A DNA stretch of 64,000 nt from Candidatus Oxydemutator sp. (GTDB lineage Bacteria; Pseudomonadota; Gammaproteobacteria; Poriferisulfidales; Oxydemutatoraceae). The DNA lies in contig OZ241883.1 of NCBI GenBank assembly GCA_965203445.1, positions 928,001 to 992,000 on the forward strand, in the 5' to 3' direction. Positions 42,249 to 51,879 of this stretch are shown piece after piece; the stretch's first letter is position 1; each line of letters opens with the position of its first letter. A model generated the notes under the pieces. The model did not search any database and was not told the DNA's origin. It saw only the letters and a list, made by a program, of their open reading frames with translations. The position numbers were made by a program, and so were the translations under genes.

Positions 42249-43503
42249 GGGAATTATATAGAATGTTGTGCAAGGCACCGCATCCCATCCATTTGACGTT
42301 TCACAGGCCGAGTAACCTCACCACCTCCACGTCCAGCAGCCCTATTCCCGAAGGCCAGTATATTCAATGCGGCATTCACATCCGCATTGTCCCGATGACC
42401 GCAGGCGCTACACTCGAAGACCGCCTGGGTCTTTCTGTTTTCTTTATCTACGTTCCCACATTTACTGCATGTCTGACTTGTGTATGCGGGGTTCACGTAG
42501 TTCGTATCCGTCTTGTAATCCAGACACTGATGAAACTTTCCCCAACAAGACGCCAGGATCACGCGGTTCAGTCCGGTCTTTGCACGGACATTCGTTCCAG
42601 GGTTATCCTTCGTTCCCTTGGCGCTTCTTGTTAGCCCCTGGTTGTTCAATTTCTCCAGGTGCACAAGAGAGTAGTTATCGGCCACTTGCCTCGATGTGCC
42701 ATGGCACCAGTTCCGTCTGATATGACGCAACTTGGCCTGCGCTTTCTGGTGTAACGATTGCGCACGCCTCCACCGGTTCGACGCCTTGATCCCCTTCTTG
42801 CGGTTCGGCCCCTGACGCCTTGCCATCATCCTCTGAGAACGCCTGACGCGCCGCTCATGCCCTGCCATATCCGGCATACGAAATACCTTTCCATCAGAAC
42901 AGGTTACCTGACTGACGTTACGGTCTATTCCTACAGAGTACCCTACTTTCGATACTTCGGCCTGTTCCACTTCGTATGTGATATACGCGTACCACTTGCC
43001 GCATTCCCGCTTGACCGTGCCGGATTTGGGCACGCCGTCCGGATACGGATTGTGGCCAAGCAGCAGCACCTCGCCTATCCTGGCGATGTAGAGATAACGT
43101 CCGTTCAAGCGGAACGCTCCGGTGCATAACGGAAAACTATCAGGGCGGACATACTTGGCGTGAAACCTCGGCAGGCCTCCCTCTTTCTTGAGGAATTGCC
43201 TGTACGCGGTCTCTATCGGCTTCAACGCTTGGCGCACTATCGGCATGGAATACTCCTGCAACCACGTATCGTCATCCCTGCGCAATGCCGTGAACCGCTT
43301 GCCAAGAGAATAAAACCGGTAATCGCACTCGCCATCCTCGGCATACTCGTCACGCAACTTGCCCACAAAATGGTTCCACACGTAACGGCACGCACCAGCC
43401 GTGCCCGCCAACTTGCGGGCCTTGACTTGAGTTCCTGCATGAACTCTATATCGAATTGTTCGATACATTTTCATTTTCCCGCACAACATTCTATATAATT
43501 CCC
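42249..43503 (-). mobile_element. TIR-bounded TnpB-only element A (1255 bp)
   Basis: Perfect 23-bp TIR GGGAATTATATAGAATGTTGTGC at 42249-42271 and 43481-43503; no TSD visible. Confidence 0.85.
42254..43474 (-). CDS. tnpB: RNA-guided endonuclease TnpB
   Basis: CRYVWN HTH, RuvC motifs GIDRN / HLEKL / NADVNAALNI, Zn ribbon CSKC..CSAC. Confidence 0.93.
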   Translation of the reverse strand: MKMYRTIRYRVHAGTQVKARKLAGTAGACRYVWNHFVGKLRDEYAEDGECDYRFYSLGKRFTALRRDDDTWLQEYSMPIVRQALKPIETAYRQFLKKEGGLPRFHAKYVRPDSFPLCTGAFRLNGRYLYIARIGEVLLLGHNPYPDGVPKSGTVKRECGKWYAYITYEVEQAEVSKVGYSVGIDRNVSQVTCSDGKVFRMPDMAGHERRVRRSQRMMARRQGPNRKKGIKASNRWRRAQSLHQKAQAKLRHIRRNWCHGTSRQVADNYSLVHLEKLNNQGLTRSAKGTKDNPGTNVRAKTGLNRVILASCWGKFHQCLDYKTDTNYVNPAYTSQTCSKCGNVDKENRKTQAVFECSACGHRDNADVNAALNILAFGNRAAGRGGGEVTRPVKRQMDGMRCLAQHSI

Positions 43504-43580
43504 CATTATATCAGTTTGGGCGGGTTAGAAACATTGACCTGCCGAACGGCGAGTTTCAAGATGAACGGGAGAGTTGTCCC

Positions 43581-44270
43581 ATGCGTCTATCAGTAATCGT
43601 TTTGGCCTTCGCCTGCCTTGCGGGTTGTGGAGGGTCTTCGGAAAACGGCGTGCGGCACGCCAGGCCCGACTCGTTCGTGGTCGTCAACGAGACCATGCCC
43701 GCCGCCATATTCGACGTCAGGTATTATTCCGCCGACAACTTTCTCGGCACCAGGGTGCGCGGCTATGCGGCCCCTTTGTGCATCCTCGCCGAACCGGCCG
43801 CCGCGGCTTTGCGGCGGGTGCAGCAGGAGCTTGGCGCGCGCGGCTATACCGTCAAGATTTTCGATTGTTTCCGCCCGCAGCGGGCGGTGGATCACTTCGT
43901 CGCGTGGGCGCAAGATGCAAGCGATACCAAAATGAAATCAGAGTATTACCCGAACGAGGAAAAGTCCCGGCTGATAGAGAAAGGTTACATCGCCGACCGC
44001 TCGGGCCACAGCAGGGGCGGCACGGTGGATCTGACGCTGGCACGCAAGGCCGACTCGAAAGAACTGGACATGGGAACCCCTTTCGACTACTTCGACACGC
44101 TGTCCAACACGGCCGATCCGCGCATCACCGAAGACCAGAAGAACAACCGCCTGTTGCTGAAGACAACCATGGAGAAACACGGGTTCGTCAACTACGACAA
44201 AGAATGGTGGCACTACACGCTCAAGGACGAACCGTACCCGGATACGTACTTCGACTTTCCGGTCGAATGA
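43581..44270 (+). CDS. D-alanyl-D-alanine dipeptidase (M15D, VanX/DdpX-like) lipoprotein
   Basis: Lipobox LAGC, DCFRPQRA, SGHSRGGTVD, EWWHY. Confidence 0.9.
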   Translation: MRLSVIVLAFACLAGCGGSSENGVRHARPDSFVVVNETMPAAIFDVRYYSADNFLGTRVRGYAAPLCILAEPAAAALRRVQQELGARGYTVKIFDCFRPQRAVDHFVAWAQDASDTKMKSEYYPNEEKSRLIEKGYIADRSGHSRGGTVDLTLARKADSKELDMGTPFDYFDTLSNTADPRITEDQKNNRLLLKTTMEKHGFVNYDKEWWHYTLKDEPYPDTYFDFPVE

Positions 44271-44320
44271 TATTGAAGGTGGCTTGGCTGACGCGCCTAT
44301 GGCCACCTTACCCAGTTTGT

Positions 44321-44340
44321 TGTATGAGGCCAGAAACATT
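44321..44340 (+). mobile_element. Orphan IS481-like left end (20 bp)
   Basis: TGTATGAGGCCAGAAACATT. Confidence 0.6.
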
Positions 44341-44381
44341 ATTTTCTTGCATTTTGGGAGCCAAACTCCCGAAATGCAAGA

Positions 44382-45563
44382 ATGATACCGCGTCTGCTCG
44401 AAAATCAAATCCTTGACGCTCTTCGCGCGATGCCCGTGGTCGCCATCCTGGGGCCGCGCCAAGTCGGCAAAACTACGCTTGCGCTTGCGATCACCCACGA
44501 CAAAGTCGGCAAAGAAGTCCTCTATCTGGATTTGGAGCGAGATTCCGATCTGGCCAAGCTGAATGATGCCGAGGCCTATCTCAAACGGTTCGGCAACCGT
44601 CTGCTGATCATTGACGAGGTGCAGAGAAAGCCGGATTTGTTCAGGGTGTTGCGCAGCCTCATTGACGCCAGAAGGCGCGCCGGCGAGAAAGGGGGGCTTT
44701 TGTTGTTGGGTTCGGCTGCCCGCGGACTGCTCCAGCATTCCTCTGAGACACTGGCGGGTCGCATTCGTTATTTGGAGTTGAGCACTCTCTCTGCGCTGGA
44801 AATGTATCGGGCGAAGGTTCCGGGTTTTACGATGGAAAATCTGTGGCTCAGAGGCGGTTTCCCCGATGGTTGTCTGGTGGCAAACGACGATGAGAGTTGG
44901 AACTGGCGTTCTGACTTTATTGCCTCTTACGTGGAACGTGACATGGCGTTGCTGGGGCCGAAGGTCCCGGCCACGCGAATGAGGCGCTTTTGGAGCATGT
45001 TGGCTCATTGGCACGGGCAGCAGATCAATCTGTCGTCGTTGGGCAAAAGCCTTGAAGTGGATCACAAAACCATCCGATCCTACCTGGACACACTGACCGA
45101 TTTTTACATGGTCAGACAGTTGCCCCCATGGTCGGGTAACACGAGAAAACGGCTGGTCAAATCGGCCAAGGTCTATATCCGGGACAGCGGCATATTGCAC
45201 CGCCTTTTGAATATCCCGGACTATGAAACCCTGTTGGGGCATCCGGCATTGGGCGCGAGTTGGGAAGGCTTTGTGTTGGAAAACATCCTCGTCGGTTTGT
45301 CCGATAAATGGCAATCCAGCTACTACAGAACGGCGGATCGGCATGAGCTTGATCTGGTTCTGGAAGGGCCGAAACGGGAGACCTGGGCTATAGAGGTAAA
45401 ACGTTCGACGGCGCCCAAAGTAAGCAGCCTCTATCATTCTGCGTGCGCTGAGATCGGGGCAACGAGAAAGGTGGTGGTTTATCCAGGCGCGGACAGATTC
45501 CCGCTGGCTGATAACGCCGAGGCCGTCGGCCTCAACGCATTTTTGTCTGATCTGGCGCGGTAA
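44382..45563 (+). CDS. AAA_14/DUF4143 ATPase
   Basis: GPRQVGKTT, IDEVQ, SETLAGR, RGGFP, ELD...AIEVK. Confidence 0.9.
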   Translation: MIPRLLENQILDALRAMPVVAILGPRQVGKTTLALAITHDKVGKEVLYLDLERDSDLAKLNDAEAYLKRFGNRLLIIDEVQRKPDLFRVLRSLIDARRRAGEKGGLLLLGSAARGLLQHSSETLAGRIRYLELSTLSALEMYRAKVPGFTMENLWLRGGFPDGCLVANDDESWNWRSDFIASYVERDMALLGPKVPATRMRRFWSMLAHWHGQQINLSSLGKSLEVDHKTIRSYLDTLTDFYMVRQLPPWSGNTRKRLVKSAKVYIRDSGILHRLLNIPDYETLLGHPALGASWEGFVLENILVGLSDKWQSSYYRTADRHELDLVLEGPKRETWAIEVKRSTAPKVSSLYHSACAEIGATRKVVVYPGADRFPLADNAEAVGLNAFLSDLAR

Positions 45564-45569
45564 CGACCG

Positions 45570-47087
45570 TCAGGCCAGAAACAAATCGTAGCCCGGGTTG
45601 CCCGACTCGTCCTGATAGGCGTAGGGCGATTCGGCCAGCAGCGTCCTGAACCCCGCCAGTTCGCCGTCCGGCACCTGTATTCCCGCCAGCACGCGCCCGT
45701 AGGCGGCGCCGTGGTTGCGGTAGTGGAACAGGCTGATGTTCCAGCGTCGCCCGCCGATGTACTCCAGGAACTCGAGCAGCGCGCCCGGTCTTTCGGGAAA
45801 CTGAAAGCGGCACAGGCGTTCGTCGTTCAGACGCCCGGCGCGGCCGCCGATCATGTGACGCAGGTGCAGTTTCGCCATCTCGTTGTCCGACAGGTCGGCG
45901 ACCGGGTAGCCGTTGTCGTGCAACGCCGTCAGCACCGCGTCTTTGTCTTGCGCGTCGTCGAATTGCAGGCCGACGAAAATACGCGCCCGCGCCTCGTCGG
46001 CGTAGCGGTAGTTGAACTCGGTGATCGTGCGCCTGCCGATGGTGCGGCAGAAATCGAGGAAGCTGCCGGGACGTTCCGGTATCGTCACCGCGAGCAGCGA
46101 TTCGGCGCCCTCGCCGATCTCGTAGCGTTCGACGACGTGCTTCAGGCGGTCGAAGTTGATATTGGCGCCGGAGGCGATTGCGACCAGCCCGCACCCGCGC
46201 AGCCGCTCGGCACGCGCGTATTTCTTCAGGCCCGCGATGGACAGTGCGCCGGCGGGCTCGAGCAGCGCGCGCGTGTCGTCGAAGTGGTCCTTGACCGCGG
46301 CGCAGATCTCGTCGGTCGTAACCAGCACGACGTCGTCCACCGTACGCCGCGCGACGCGGAAAGTCTCGTCGCCGATGCGCCGCACCGCGGCGCCGTCGGC
46401 GAACAATCCGACTTTGTCGAGCGTCACCGGTTCGCCACGGCGCAGCGCCTCGGCCAGCGTCGGCGCGTCCTCGGGTTCGACGCCGATGACGCGCACCTCA
46501 GGGCGCGCGTGTTTCAGGTAGGACGCGACCCCGGCGATCAGGCCGCCGCCGCCGACCGGCACGAACACCGCGTGCAGGTCGTCGCCGCATTGCCGGTGAA
46601 TCTCCTTGCCGACCGAACCCTGCCCCGCGATCACGTCGGCGTCGTCGTACGGATGGACGAAGGTCAGCGCGCGTTCGGCGGCGAGTTGCAATGCGTGCTC
46701 GCAGGCCTGATCGTAGGTGTCGCCGTGTTGGACGATGTCCGCGCCCAACAAGCGCACGGCCTCGACCTTGATACGCGGCGTCGTGCGCGGCATCACGATC
46801 AGCGCGCGTATGCCGAGCTGGCGCGCCGCCAGCGCCACGCCCTGCGCGTGGTTGCCGGCGGAGGCGGCGATGACGCCGGCGTGCTGCTCGCGTTGCGACA
46901 GGTGCGCGATCTTGTTATAGGCGCCGCGCAGCTTGAACGAGAACACCGGCTGCAAGTCCTCGCGCTTCAGGCGCACGTCGCAGCCGAGGCGCGCGCTCAG
47001 CTTGGGCGCCGCCTCCAGCGGCGTTACCCGCGCGACGTCATAGACCTTGCAGGCGTCTATCGCCCGGATGTAGTCGTAGGGGGGCAT
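45570..47087 (-). CDS. ilvA: Biosynthetic threonine ammonia-lyase
   Basis: KREDLQPVFSFKLRGAYNK, SAGNHAQG, two ACT-like domains (PERPG). Confidence 0.96.
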   Translation of the reverse strand: MPPYDYIRAIDACKVYDVARVTPLEAAPKLSARLGCDVRLKREDLQPVFSFKLRGAYNKIAHLSQREQHAGVIAASAGNHAQGVALAARQLGIRALIVMPRTTPRIKVEAVRLLGADIVQHGDTYDQACEHALQLAAERALTFVHPYDDADVIAGQGSVGKEIHRQCGDDLHAVFVPVGGGGLIAGVASYLKHARPEVRVIGVEPEDAPTLAEALRRGEPVTLDKVGLFADGAAVRRIGDETFRVARRTVDDVVLVTTDEICAAVKDHFDDTRALLEPAGALSIAGLKKYARAERLRGCGLVAIASGANINFDRLKHVVERYEIGEGAESLLAVTIPERPGSFLDFCRTIGRRTITEFNYRYADEARARIFVGLQFDDAQDKDAVLTALHDNGYPVADLSDNEMAKLHLRHMIGGRAGRLNDERLCRFQFPERPGALLEFLEYIGGRRWNISLFHYRNHGAAYGRVLAGIQVPDGELAGFRTLLAESPYAYQDESGNPGYDLFLA

Positions 47088-47160
47088 CGGTTTTTCAGCG
47101 AGAGTCTGAGAAAACATAAGGGAATTATATATCTAAATCTACAGAATAGTGGTGAAGTAC

Positions 47161-47188
47161 TTGATTTTCTATAGGAATATGGTATGAT
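47161..47188 (+). promoter_or_regulatory. Sigma70-like promoter for tnpB in element B
   Basis: TTGATT-16 nt-TATGAT with extended -10 TG, 8 nt before the ATG. Confidence 0.55.
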
Positions 47189-47196
47189 GTTTTGTG

Positions 47197-48426
47197 ATGA
47201 AAGTCCATAGAACAATCCGGTATAGGTTGCATCCCGGTACGCAGGCCAAAGCCCGCAAGTTGGCGGGATTGGCGGGGGCGTGCAGGTTCGTATGGAATCA
47301 TTTCGTAGGGAAGTTAAGGGACGAGTATCTGGCATATGGATGCTGTAAGCCTTGGTATTTTACATTGGGCAAGCAGTTCACTCTGTTACGTCGCCACTGT
47401 GAACCCTGGTTGCAGGAATACTCGGCCAACATAGTAAAGGCATCTTTGAAACAGTTGGAAACGACGTACAAGCAGTTTTATAAGAAAGAGGGCGGATTGC
47501 CGAGGTTCCATGCAAAATATATGCATCCCGATAGTTTTCCCTTGGTGACGGGGACGTTCCATCTGAAAGGCCGTTACTTGCACATCGCCAAGATAGGCGA
47601 GGTGCTGTTGCTTGGCCACTATCCCTATCCGGGCGGCGTGCCGAAGTCCGGCACGGTCAAGCGGGAATGCGGCAGGTGGTATGCGTATATCACGTATGAA
47701 GTGGAACAATCCGAAGCATTGAAACCTGTAAGAGAAGTCGGCATAGACCGCAACGTCGGTCAGGTAACATTATCCGACGGGACGATGTATCGTATGCCGG
47801 ATACGGCAAAACATGAACGTCGCGTCAGGCGTTATCAGAAGAAGATGGCTAGGCGACAGGGGCCGAACCGCAAGAAAGGGATCAAGGCGTCGAACCGGTG
47901 GAAGCGCGCACAGTTGCTTTATCAGAAGGCACAGGCCACGTTGCGACACGTCAGACAGAATTGGTGCCATGGCGTATCGAGGGAAGTGGCCGATAAATAC
48001 TCCCTTGTGCACCTGGAGCAGTTGAACAATCAAGGGATGACAAGAAGCGCCAAGGGAACAAAGGAGGAACCCGGAACCAACGTTCGCGCGAAGAGCGGCT
48101 TGAACCGCGTGATCCTGGCGTCATGCTGGGGCAAGTTTCACCAGTGCCTGGACTACAAGACGAATACGAATTACATAAACCCCGCATACACAAGTCAGAC
48201 ATGCAATAAATGCGGGCACATTGACAAGAACAACAGAAAGACTCAGGCGGTATTTATCTGTACCGCTTGCGGTCATCGGGATAACGCGGATGTTAATGCC
48301 GCGTTGAATATACTGGCCTTCGGGAATGGGGCTACTGGACGTGGAGGTGATGACGTTAGTCGGCCTGTGAAGCGTCAAATGGATACCAGAAATCAACAAG
48401 AAAGTCTTGTAGATTTAGGTATATAA
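47197..48426 (+). CDS. tnpB: RNA-guided endonuclease TnpB
   Basis: GIDRN / HLEQL / NADVNAALNI, CNKC..CTAC; close paralog of 42254-43474. Confidence 0.93.
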   Translation: MKVHRTIRYRLHPGTQAKARKLAGLAGACRFVWNHFVGKLRDEYLAYGCCKPWYFTLGKQFTLLRRHCEPWLQEYSANIVKASLKQLETTYKQFYKKEGGLPRFHAKYMHPDSFPLVTGTFHLKGRYLHIAKIGEVLLLGHYPYPGGVPKSGTVKRECGRWYAYITYEVEQSEALKPVREVGIDRNVGQVTLSDGTMYRMPDTAKHERRVRRYQKKMARRQGPNRKKGIKASNRWKRAQLLYQKAQATLRHVRQNWCHGVSREVADKYSLVHLEQLNNQGMTRSAKGTKEEPGTNVRAKSGLNRVILASCWGKFHQCLDYKTNTNYINPAYTSQTCNKCGHIDKNNRKTQAVFICTACGHRDNADVNAALNILAFGNGATGRGGDDVSRPVKRQMDTRNQQESLVDLGI

Positions 48427-48675
48427 TTCCCAAACATAATACTGTAAAGGCCTTATATTTAAGTGCCGGGCTTTCCTCGGTTACTCTGGTATCCCCCGTC
48501 ATCCTCCGCGAAAGTGGGAACTTTAGTCTGGCCATTCTCGCCCCCGAACCTTCGCGGGCTATTTCCGATTGTTTTTAAGCCATTGATATAGAATTATTAT
48601 TTACGAATTTATTCAATAAGCAAAGTGAACTTCTCTTATATTGACTTTTCTTGGACTATCCACAGAATTGCTCCC

Positions 48676-50136
48676 GTGGAACTGATTCCCGCAGAGCAGT
48701 ACCGGGAGCGCATTTGCGCCGAAAATCCATGGTGGGATGAGGCGTCTCCTGGTACCGACAAAGCATTTCGGGATATGCGCCCGCGTGCCTATCTCGATTC
48801 CTTTGCCAAATTGGTGGAGGCAAGGGACGTGCGTCGCGCCGTCGTGCTGATGGGGCCGCGTCGCGTCGGCAAGACTGTTTTGCTGCAACACGTGATTCAG
48901 CGCTTGTTGGACGACGGTGTCCCGTCGCAAGCTATTGCCTACTTATCGTTGGACCAGCCCTTGTATGCCAACCGCTCCATTGAGGAACTCGTCGGCCATG
49001 CTCAAGGAGGTGGCACGCCGCCGAGCTCGCAACCGACTTTCCCGTCGTTGCGTGAAATCCAGTATCTGTTCCTGGATGAAATACAGTACCTGCGCGAATG
49101 GGAGCGTCATCTCAAGATATTCGTCGACGACCACCCGCGCATCAAATGCGTCGTTTCCGGGTCGGCGGCCGCGGCTCTGCGTTTGAAGAGCATCGAGTCC
49201 GGCACCGGACGCTTTACCGATTTTCTTCTGCCGCCACTGACGTTCTACGAGTTTATGGATTTACAGGGTATGGGCGACGTCGTCGTGCGCGAACGGCAGG
49301 GATGGTTTTGCGCGGACATTGACGCCCTCAACGAGCACTTCGTTCGCTACGTCAACATGGGCGGCTACCCTGAGGTGATTTTCTCCGAGAGTATTCGGAA
49401 AGACGTGAGACGCTACGTTCGCAGCGACATCATAGACAAGGTATTGCTGCGCGACTTGCCGAGCCTCTATGGCATCCGCGACATCCAGGATCTCAATTCG
49501 CTGTTTATGACCCTTGCCTGGCACACGGCGCAGGAAGTATCGTTGCAGGGGTTGTCGCAACATTCCGGTGTTTCCAGCCCGACGATCAAGAATTATCTGG
49601 AGTACCTGGAGGCCGCTTTCCTGATCAGGATAGTCCATCGTATTGATCGCAACGCCAAGCATTTCAAACGCGCCAATTACTTCAAGGTGCATTTGACCAC
49701 CCCGTCCATGCGCAGTGCTCTTTTCGGCCCGATAGAATCGAACGGCCGGGACATGGGCGCGCTGGTGGAAACGGCGATATTCTCGCAGTGGTTTCATGCG
49801 GACCTGGAGTTGCGTTACGCGCGTTGGCAGAGCGGCGAAGTTGACATCGTCTGTTTGGACGAGCGCTACAAGCCTCGCTGGTGCGTGGAAGTCAAATGGT
49901 CTGACTCCGTTGTTTCCCGGCCCCGCAAGACGACTCCTATCCGGTCTTTTCTCAAGACCCATCCCGGCGTCGAGGCCGCGTTCACGACGCGCTCGATGGA
50001 GGGAAAGTTGTCGCTTGCGCCGAACGTGACGGTGGATTGTCTGCCCGCGAGCGTTTATTGTTACTTGGCGGGTTTCCACGCCGTCGGCGACCGCTCGCGC
50101 GACCTGGTGTTGGGGGTGCGCGAAGGAACCCGCTGA
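48676..50136 (+). CDS. AAA_14/DUF4143-like ATPase (ENPWW subtype)
   Basis: GPRRVGKT, FLDEIQY, ESGTGRF, GGYPE, EVD...VEVKWSD. Confidence 0.85.
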   Translation: MELIPAEQYRERICAENPWWDEASPGTDKAFRDMRPRAYLDSFAKLVEARDVRRAVVLMGPRRVGKTVLLQHVIQRLLDDGVPSQAIAYLSLDQPLYANRSIEELVGHAQGGGTPPSSQPTFPSLREIQYLFLDEIQYLREWERHLKIFVDDHPRIKCVVSGSAAAALRLKSIESGTGRFTDFLLPPLTFYEFMDLQGMGDVVVRERQGWFCADIDALNEHFVRYVNMGGYPEVIFSESIRKDVRRYVRSDIIDKVLLRDLPSLYGIRDIQDLNSLFMTLAWHTAQEVSLQGLSQHSGVSSPTIKNYLEYLEAAFLIRIVHRIDRNAKHFKRANYFKVHLTTPSMRSALFGPIESNGRDMGALVETAIFSQWFHADLELRYARWQSGEVDIVCLDERYKPRWCVEVKWSDSVVSRPRKTTPIRSFLKTHPGVEAAFTTRSMEGKLSLAPNVTVDCLPASVYCYLAGFHAVGDRSRDLVLGVREGTR

Positions 50137-50805
50137 ATGACCTTGATGTCCGCAGCCGAACACAAGCAAGCCGCCGCGCGCGCCGCCGTCGAATACGTGT
50201 CGGCGGGGGACGTCGTCGGCGTCGGCACCGGTTCTACTGTCGCCTGTTTCATCGAGGCGCTGGGCGCGCTTCGGGGTCGCGTCGAGGGCGCCGTCGCCAG
50301 TTCCGAGGCGACGCGCGCACGGCTTGAAGCGCTCTCGATCCCGGTGCTCGACTTGAACGCGGTCGGCGGGATTCCGCTCTACGTGGACGGCGCCGACGAG
50401 GCCAATCCGCGCCTGGAGCTGATCAAGGGCGGCGGCGGCGCGCTGACGCGCGAGAAGATCATCGCCCAGGCCGCCGCGTCTTTCGTCTGCATAGTGGATG
50501 CGTCGAAGGAGGTCGAGGTGTTGGGTGCCTTCCCGTTGCCGCTCGAGGTGATCCCGATGGCGCGCGGCCTGGTGGCGCGCGAACTGGTCAGGCTCGGCGG
50601 CGTCCCCGAATGGCGCGACGGTTTCGTCACCGACAACGGCAACGCCATTCTCGACGTGCGCGGGCTGGACGCAACGCAACCCGCGGCGCTCGAGGCGCGC
50701 CTCAATCAGATCCCGGGCGTCGTCGCCGTCGGTCTGTTCGCGGCGCGCCCCGCCGACCGGCTGATCGTCGGCACCGATAGCGGCGTGCGCGTAAGGGAAA
50801 GGTAA
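50137..50805 (+). CDS. rpiA: Ribose-5-phosphate isomerase A
   Basis: [25 protein letters not shown]. Confidence 0.97.
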   Translation: MTLMSAAEHKQAAARAAVEYVSAGDVVGVGTGSTVACFIEALGALRGRVEGAVASSEATRARLEALSIPVLDLNAVGGIPLYVDGADEANPRLELIKGGGGALTREKIIAQAAASFVCIVDASKEVEVLGAFPLPLEVIPMARGLVARELVRLGGVPEWRDGFVTDNGNAILDVRGLDATQPAALEARLNQIPGVVAVGLFAARPADRLIVGTDSGVRVRER

Positions 50806-50814
50806 GGCCGCGGC

Positions 50815-51870
50815 TCAGGCGCCCCGTATAGGGCCCACGACGGCCAGCATGTCGTCGTGTATGCGCTTCCAGTGTCGGCCAAGATCAATGCCGCGCGCGC
50901 GTATCGGGAACCCCTCGAGGCACACGTCCACCTGGATCGGTTGGTGCACCACGGGGTAGAGCAGGATGCCCTCGTGTCTGGGGCCGGGTCTGGTCGCCTC
51001 GCGGTTGCGCAGATAGGCCAGCAGTTGATACAGGTGTCCCGAGCGCAGTTTTCTGGTCTCATGGTGACGGCTGAACGCCTCCTTGTAGTATTTGCAGTCG
51101 AGGATGATGCGCCGCTTCCGGTCCTTTGATTCCAGCAGCACGTCGCTTTTCATGTCGGGAATCATGCGGCGTTGCTCTTGCGTCGTGCCCTCGTCGTGCC
51201 ATTGGATTTTTTTGCCGTGCCCGACGCGAAACGTGCCCTGCTCGCGGCGATAAAACTCGGCGACGAAGTCCTCGAACAATTTCGACATCCGCGCTTCGTC
51301 TTTGCGGAAATCGAAAAATTGCACGCGCCCGGATTTTTCCTCGACGAATAATTGCTCGTGTATCAGCCGGCACACGAACATCAGGAAGCGGTAGAAACGG
51401 CGGTTGCGGTCGAGCTGCACCTGCCGGAACAGCCGCCGGTGCAGGCGCACGGGGCTTACGCCCTCGAGTTTCTGATACGCGATTTTGACGTCGGCCCGCA
51501 CGTCCTTGTCCACGTCCGGCAGTTGCAGCAGCGCGCCCAAGGTCGAGCGCAGGATGCGGTTGTGGAGCACATCGTGCGACAGCTGCTCGAATTCGCACAG
51601 CGTGCGGCTGCGCGCGCGCAACGCGCGTTTGGCGGTCTCGCTGATCAGCAACTTGCCGCGGATGCCGGGCAGTTCCTCGCGCACTTCGCGGTAGCCGCGA
51701 TCCAGGCCCTTGCGGATCAGGCGAAACGTCCCTTCGGCCAGCACCTTGCCGAGCAGGTGGTGGGTCTCGCTCAGCCCCTCAAGCTCGTGCAGGCGACGCT
51801 CGCCGGCTTCCTCGACGTGCTTCCATGCGTAGCACAACAGATAGTAGACGTTCGCAATCGGGATGGCCAC
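50815..51870 (-). CDS. mcrC: McrC-family restriction nuclease subunit
   Basis: IPIANVYYLLCYAW, LFEDFV, IILDCKYY, HLYQLLAYL. Confidence 0.9.
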   Translation of the reverse strand: MAIPIANVYYLLCYAWKHVEEAGERRLHELEGLSETHHLLGKVLAEGTFRLIRKGLDRGYREVREELPGIRGKLLISETAKRALRARSRTLCEFEQLSHDVLHNRILRSTLGALLQLPDVDKDVRADVKIAYQKLEGVSPVRLHRRLFRQVQLDRNRRFYRFLMFVCRLIHEQLFVEEKSGRVQFFDFRKDEARMSKLFEDFVAEFYRREQGTFRVGHGKKIQWHDEGTTQEQRRMIPDMKSDVLLESKDRKRRIILDCKYYKEAFSRHHETRKLRSGHLYQLLAYLRNREATRPGPRHEGILLYPVVHQPIQVDVCLEGFPIRARGIDLGRHWKRIHDDMLAVVGPIRGA

Positions 51871-51879
51871 CGGGCACGG

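Larger units (their letters stand above)
47120..48431 (+). mobile_element. TIR-bounded TnpB-only element B (1312 bp) with 8-bp TSD AAACATAA
   Basis: 24-bp TIR GGGAATTATATA(T/C)CTAAATCTACA at 47120-47143 and 48408-48431; AAACATAA at 47112-47119 and 48432-48439. Confidence 0.92.

Noticed and set aside
43581-44270. Vancomycin resistance gene vanX
   Set aside because: Isolated DdpX-like lipoprotein with no vanH/vanA/vanRS, in a Gram-negative context
42254-48426. Cas12f/type V CRISPR effector, or ordinary IS605/IS607 elements
   Set aside because: No array and no tnpA (Y1 or serine recombinase); the ends are TIRs, with a TSD in one case
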